The position numbers were made by a program, and so were the translations under genes. Positions 9,137-12,220 of a DNA stretch of 12,220 nt are shown here, in pieces. Position 1 is the first letter of the stretch. Every line of letters begins with the position of its first letter. A model generated the notes under the pieces. It was given only the letters and a program-made list of their open reading frames with translations. It was not told where the DNA came from and searched no databases. The stretch is from Macrostomum hystrix (Eukaryota > Animalia > Platyhelminthes). The stretch lies in contig CATNEN010000023.1 in assembly GCA_950097015.1 (NCBI GenBank), positions 1 to 12,220 of the forward strand. Direction: 5' to 3'.

Positions 9137-9391
9137 GCTGAAAAGGATGAGAAAGGTCAGAAGGGAGAGAATGATAATAAGGGTAAGAGGATTGAGAAGG
9201 GCGAGAAGGGAGAGAAGGGTGATAAGGGTGAGATGATTGACAAGGGTAAAAAGGTAGAGAGGGTGAGAGGATTGAGAAGGGTGAGAAGGGAAAGATGGAT
9301 GAGAAGGGTGGTAAGGGAAAGAAGGATGAGAAGGGTCAGAAGGGACAAAAGGGACAGAAGGGTGAGAGGATTGAGAAGCAGGATTGAGAAG
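9137..9391 (+). repeat. Degenerate 9-bp purine-rich minisatellite (consensus about GGTGAGAAG)
   Basis: Units such as GGCGAGAAG GGAGAGAAG GGTGATAAG and GGTCAGAAG GGACAAAAG GGACAGAAG, with one phase slip near 9254. Confidence 0.85.
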
Positions 9392-9464
9392 TTGCCACTA
9401 TGCTGCTTTCAGTTCTTCTTTCTGTACTCCTGTCTTAACTGCACCTGAATTTTGTCACCTGTGT

Positions 9465-9755
9465 TAAAACTCTCTCGTTTCTCATCTCTCCCGTGCTTTA
9501 TCTCACCCTAGACACTCGTATCTCCCATGCTTCTCATCTCGCATGTGTCTCATCTAAACTCATATCTTAACTATCCCTTGTCGTTTCTCACCGGAGCCTC
9601 ATCGCTCACGTGTCTCATCTCAACCTTGCCTCCTATCTCAATCTAGGGTGTCTTCTCATCTTGCATGTCTTAACTCACTCCTGTCCTTTTCTGCCTGTGT
9701 CCTTTTTCACATGTGTTTTAACTCTAACTCTACCGTCTCCTTACTCTATCGCAGC
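9465..9755 (+). repeat. Low-complexity CT-rich tract with recurring TCTCATCT; shares short motifs with the CT-rich element
   Basis: Repeated CTCATCTC, plus CTTTATCTCAC and TCTCCTTACTCTA, which also occur at the element's 3' end. Confidence 0.6.
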
Positions 9756-10090
9756 TCATATCAGCGAAATTTCTAAGTTTTAGTTGCAAATTGTAGCTAT
9801 TTTTATAAAAATACAAAACAAATACATCCGTAATTTTGACAGCACAAAGAAAGAAGTCTATCCTGTGTAACAGACTTTTATTATATTCCATAATTTTATG
9901 GAACACAAATCGAAATACATTACTTCACTTTGATATATTTTAGATAGAAATTGTATAATTTTAATAAAAGATTCATAACTTTCAATACACTTTTATCGAA
10001 AGTTTCTTACATGAGATGGTAAAATAACATGTAGTATTACAGTAATTGAAATTAACACGACGTATATTAGGTGAGTATATTTTGTCATAC

Positions 10091-10204
10091 TCATGCACAT
10101 AATCGTATGTATGTATTCAAATCGTCGATGTTTATCTCCAAACAGTATCCCCACGCCTTGCCGACCGGGGCCACTAATAATGGGTCCGTTGATGACACGA
10201 AATC
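10091..10204 (-). CDS. Candidate exon of a further minus-strand gene, possibly terminal: DFVSSTDPLLVAPVGKAWGYCLEINIDDLNTYIRLCA*
   Basis: Strong acceptor TTACATTTTACATCTCTTTTTTCAATCGCAG ends at 10205, followed by a GC-richer stretch, TGA at 10093-10091 and a minus-strand AATAAA at 9882-9877. An alternative frame stays open to a GTAAGA donor at 10010. Confidence 0.35.
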   Translation of the reverse strand, partial: DFVSSTDPLLVAPVGKAWGYCLEINIDDLNTYIRLCA

Positions 10205-10294
10205 CTGCGATTGAAAAAAGAGATGTAAAATGTAATGTAAATATTCGTACTTTCTACTTCACTTCACTAATACTTCACTAATTTAATTTTTAGT

Positions 10295-10563
10295 CCCTAC
10301 CCTCTCTCTTCACAATCCCTATCTTTCTCCATCCCTCTCCACCCATCTTATTCCACCCACTTTACCCCCTTCATCACTCTCCCTTTCTGCTGATACTGCT
10401 CTCCGCTCCCTCTACTTCTAAGTTTCTCCAAAATGTGTTCTTTGCATACTCTACACACCCATTTCTCCTCATTATTACCCATCTCAGTCTGCTCACTCTA
10501 AGATTCCCCACATATCACTTTCTAATTCCCACCCATATCCTTATATCATTCTACCTCTCTCTC
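10295..10563 (+). repeat. Old, diverged relative of the CT-rich element
   Basis: CATACTCTACACACCCATTTCTCCTCATTATTACCCATCTCAGTCTGCTCACTCTAAGATTCC (~10445-10508) matches CATACTCTACCCACCCATTTCTCCTCCTTTATTTTCTCTCTCAGTCTGCTCACTTTACGATTAC in copy 2. Confidence 0.7.
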
Positions 10564-10577
10564 CGAGAAGCAAATGA

Positions 10578-10603
10578 CCCCTCCTGAGGGGCAAATTGCC
10601 CCT
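10578..10603. repeat. GC-rich palindromic head, copy 1
   Basis: CCCCTCCTGAGGGGCAAATTGCCCCT, the same motif as 12035-12061. Confidence 0.85.
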
Positions 10604-10615
10604 GATATTTTAAAG

Positions 10616-11925
10616 GTCAGCCTGTCCATATCTATCTGTCTGTCTGACTATCTCTATCTGTCTATATATCAGTCTATCCCTATCTATCTGTCTGCCTATC
10701 AGTCTGTCTGTCCATCTATATCTGTCCGTCTGCCTATCTCTTTATATCTGTCTCTCAATGTCTATCTGTCTGTCCATCTCTATCTATCTGTCTGTCTATC
10801 TCTGTCAGTCTATCTCTATCTGTCTGTATATCTGTCTATCCCTATCTGTCTGCCTATCTGTCTGCCTATCTGTCAGCCTATCTGTCTGCCTATCTATCAG
10901 CCTATCTGTCTGTCTATCCCTATCTGTCTGTCTGTCTGTCTGTTCATCTAAATCTGTCTGAACGTCTATCTCTGTTTGTCTGTCCATCTCTATCTATCTA
11001 TCTGTCTATCTTTGTCGGTCTATCTCTGTCTGTCTGAATATATGTCTATCCCTATCTATCTGTCTGCCTGTCTGCCCATCTGTCTGTCTATCCATCTCCA
11101 TTTGTCTGTAAATCTGTATATCCCTTTCTATCCGTCTGCCTGTCTGCCTATATGTCTACCTGTCTTATGTCTATCTGTCTGTCCATCTCTATCTATCTCT
11201 TTCCGTCTATCTTCGTCGGTCTATCTCTATCTGTCTGTCTGCCCATCAGTGTCTGTCCATCTCTATCTGTCTGTATATCTGTTTATCCCTATCTATCTGT
11301 CTGCCTATCTGCCTATCTGTCTTTCTGTCTATCTCTATCTGTCTGTCCATCTCAATCTGTGTGTCCATCTCTATCTGTGTGTCCATCTCTATCTGTATGT
11401 CTGCCTATCAGTGTCTGTCCATCTATTTCTGTCTATATATATATGTCTGTATCTATCTATCTGCCTGCCTGTCTGCCTGTCTGTCTATCGCTATCTATCT
11501 GTCTGCCTGTCTACCTATCTGTCTGCCTGTCTATTTCTATCTGTCTTTCTGTCTATCTCTATCTTTCTGTCCATATCTATCTGTCTGTCCATCTCTGTCT
11601 GCCTGTCTGCCTCTGTCTGTCTATCTCTATCTATCTGTCTGCCTGTCTGCCTATTTGTCTGTCTGTCTATCTCTATCTGTCTGTATATCTGTCTATCCTT
11701 TTCTGTCTGCCTATCTGTCTGCCTATCTGTCAGCCTATCTGTCTGCATGTCTATCTCTATCTGTCTGTCTGTCTGTCTTGTCTATATGGCTGTCTGTCAA
11801 TCTCAATCTTTCTGAACGTCTATCTCTATCTGTCTGTCCATCTCTATCTATCTGTCTGTCTGTCTATCTTTGTTGGTCTATCTCTATCTGTATGAATATC
11901 TGTCTATCCATATCTGTCTGTCTCT
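10616..11925 (+). repeat. Compound degenerate (TCTA/TCTG/CCTA/TCCA)n microsatellite (GATA/GACA type)
   Basis: Continuous mixed tetranucleotide units. The ORFs here (CLSV/DRQT repeats) are artefacts. Confidence 0.97.
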
Positions 11926-11990
11926 TTTCCGCGGCACTGAGCAAAGATGTTAAGTATTCAAGCTCGGCTTATAATTTTGAGCGGCAAAAC

Positions 11991-12062
11991 GCCCCTCGTG
12001 AGGGGCTTACAGCCCCCCTCATGAGGGGCGAATTGCCCCTCCTGAGGGGCGAATTGCCCCTC
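11991..12062. repeat. Array of ~3.5 GC-rich palindromes GCCCCTC-N2-GAGGGGC at a 21-23-bp period
   Basis: 11991-12006 (centre GT), 12012-12029 (AT), 12035-12050 (CT) and a half unit at 12056-12062; linkers TTACA, GAATT, GAATT. Confidence 0.93.
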
Positions 12063-12088
12063 ATATTTCTACTAAAATACTTTTTTAA

Positions 12089-12220
12089 GTCAGCCTGTCC
12101 ATATCTATCTGTCTGTCTGACTATCTCTATCTGTCTATATATCAGTCTATCCCTATCTATCTGTCTGCCTGTCTGCCTATCTGTCTGCCTGTCTATCTTA
12201 TCTGTCTGTCTCTCCATCTC
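12089..12220 (+). repeat. Second copy of the compound microsatellite, running off the right edge
   Basis: The first ~80 bp (GTCAGCCTGTCCATATCTATC...) are identical to the sequence from 10616; offset 1473 bp. Confidence 0.95.

Noticed and set aside
11991-12062. CRISPR-like palindromic direct repeats
   Set aside because: The linkers are only 5 bp and two are identical. There are no unique spacers and no cas genes, and the context is eukaryotic.
10574-12217. Long Cys/Leu/Ser-rich and DRQT-rich ORFs
   Set aside because: They are stop-poor translations of TCTA/TCTG microsatellite.

Overview
This window is eukaryotic genomic DNA, probably from an invertebrate animal (inference). It is not prokaryotic, and nearly all entries in the ORF track are repeat artefacts. 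A spliced minus-strand gene can be reconstructed from GT-AG sites and reading phase. Its exons are 7626-7687, 7373-7561, 6929-7117, 6135-6269, 5263-5397 and 3939-4031, with a probable first exon near 8756-8890 behind a GC-box/TATA-like promoter. The predicted product is an unrecognised, low-complexity Pro/Ser/Arg-rich protein with SH3-ligand-like motifs. It has grown by duplication of symmetric phase-0 exons, one recent (~870-bp tandem duplication) and one older. The introns and flanks are filled with repeats: a >=3.9-kb hierarchical satellite (15-bp subunit x11 = 164-168-bp monomer), a ~600-bp CT-rich dispersed element (3 close copies plus diverged fragments, one copy bracketed by ~90-bp direct repeats), a 9-bp purine minisatellite, and a (TCTA/TCTG)n composite repeat headed by GC-rich palindromes. 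A further candidate minus-strand exon starts at 10204. No rRNA, tRNA, CRISPR array or transposase/RT coding region was seen. I could not identify a clearly new biological system; the most notable features are the exon-duplication series and the repeat architecture.
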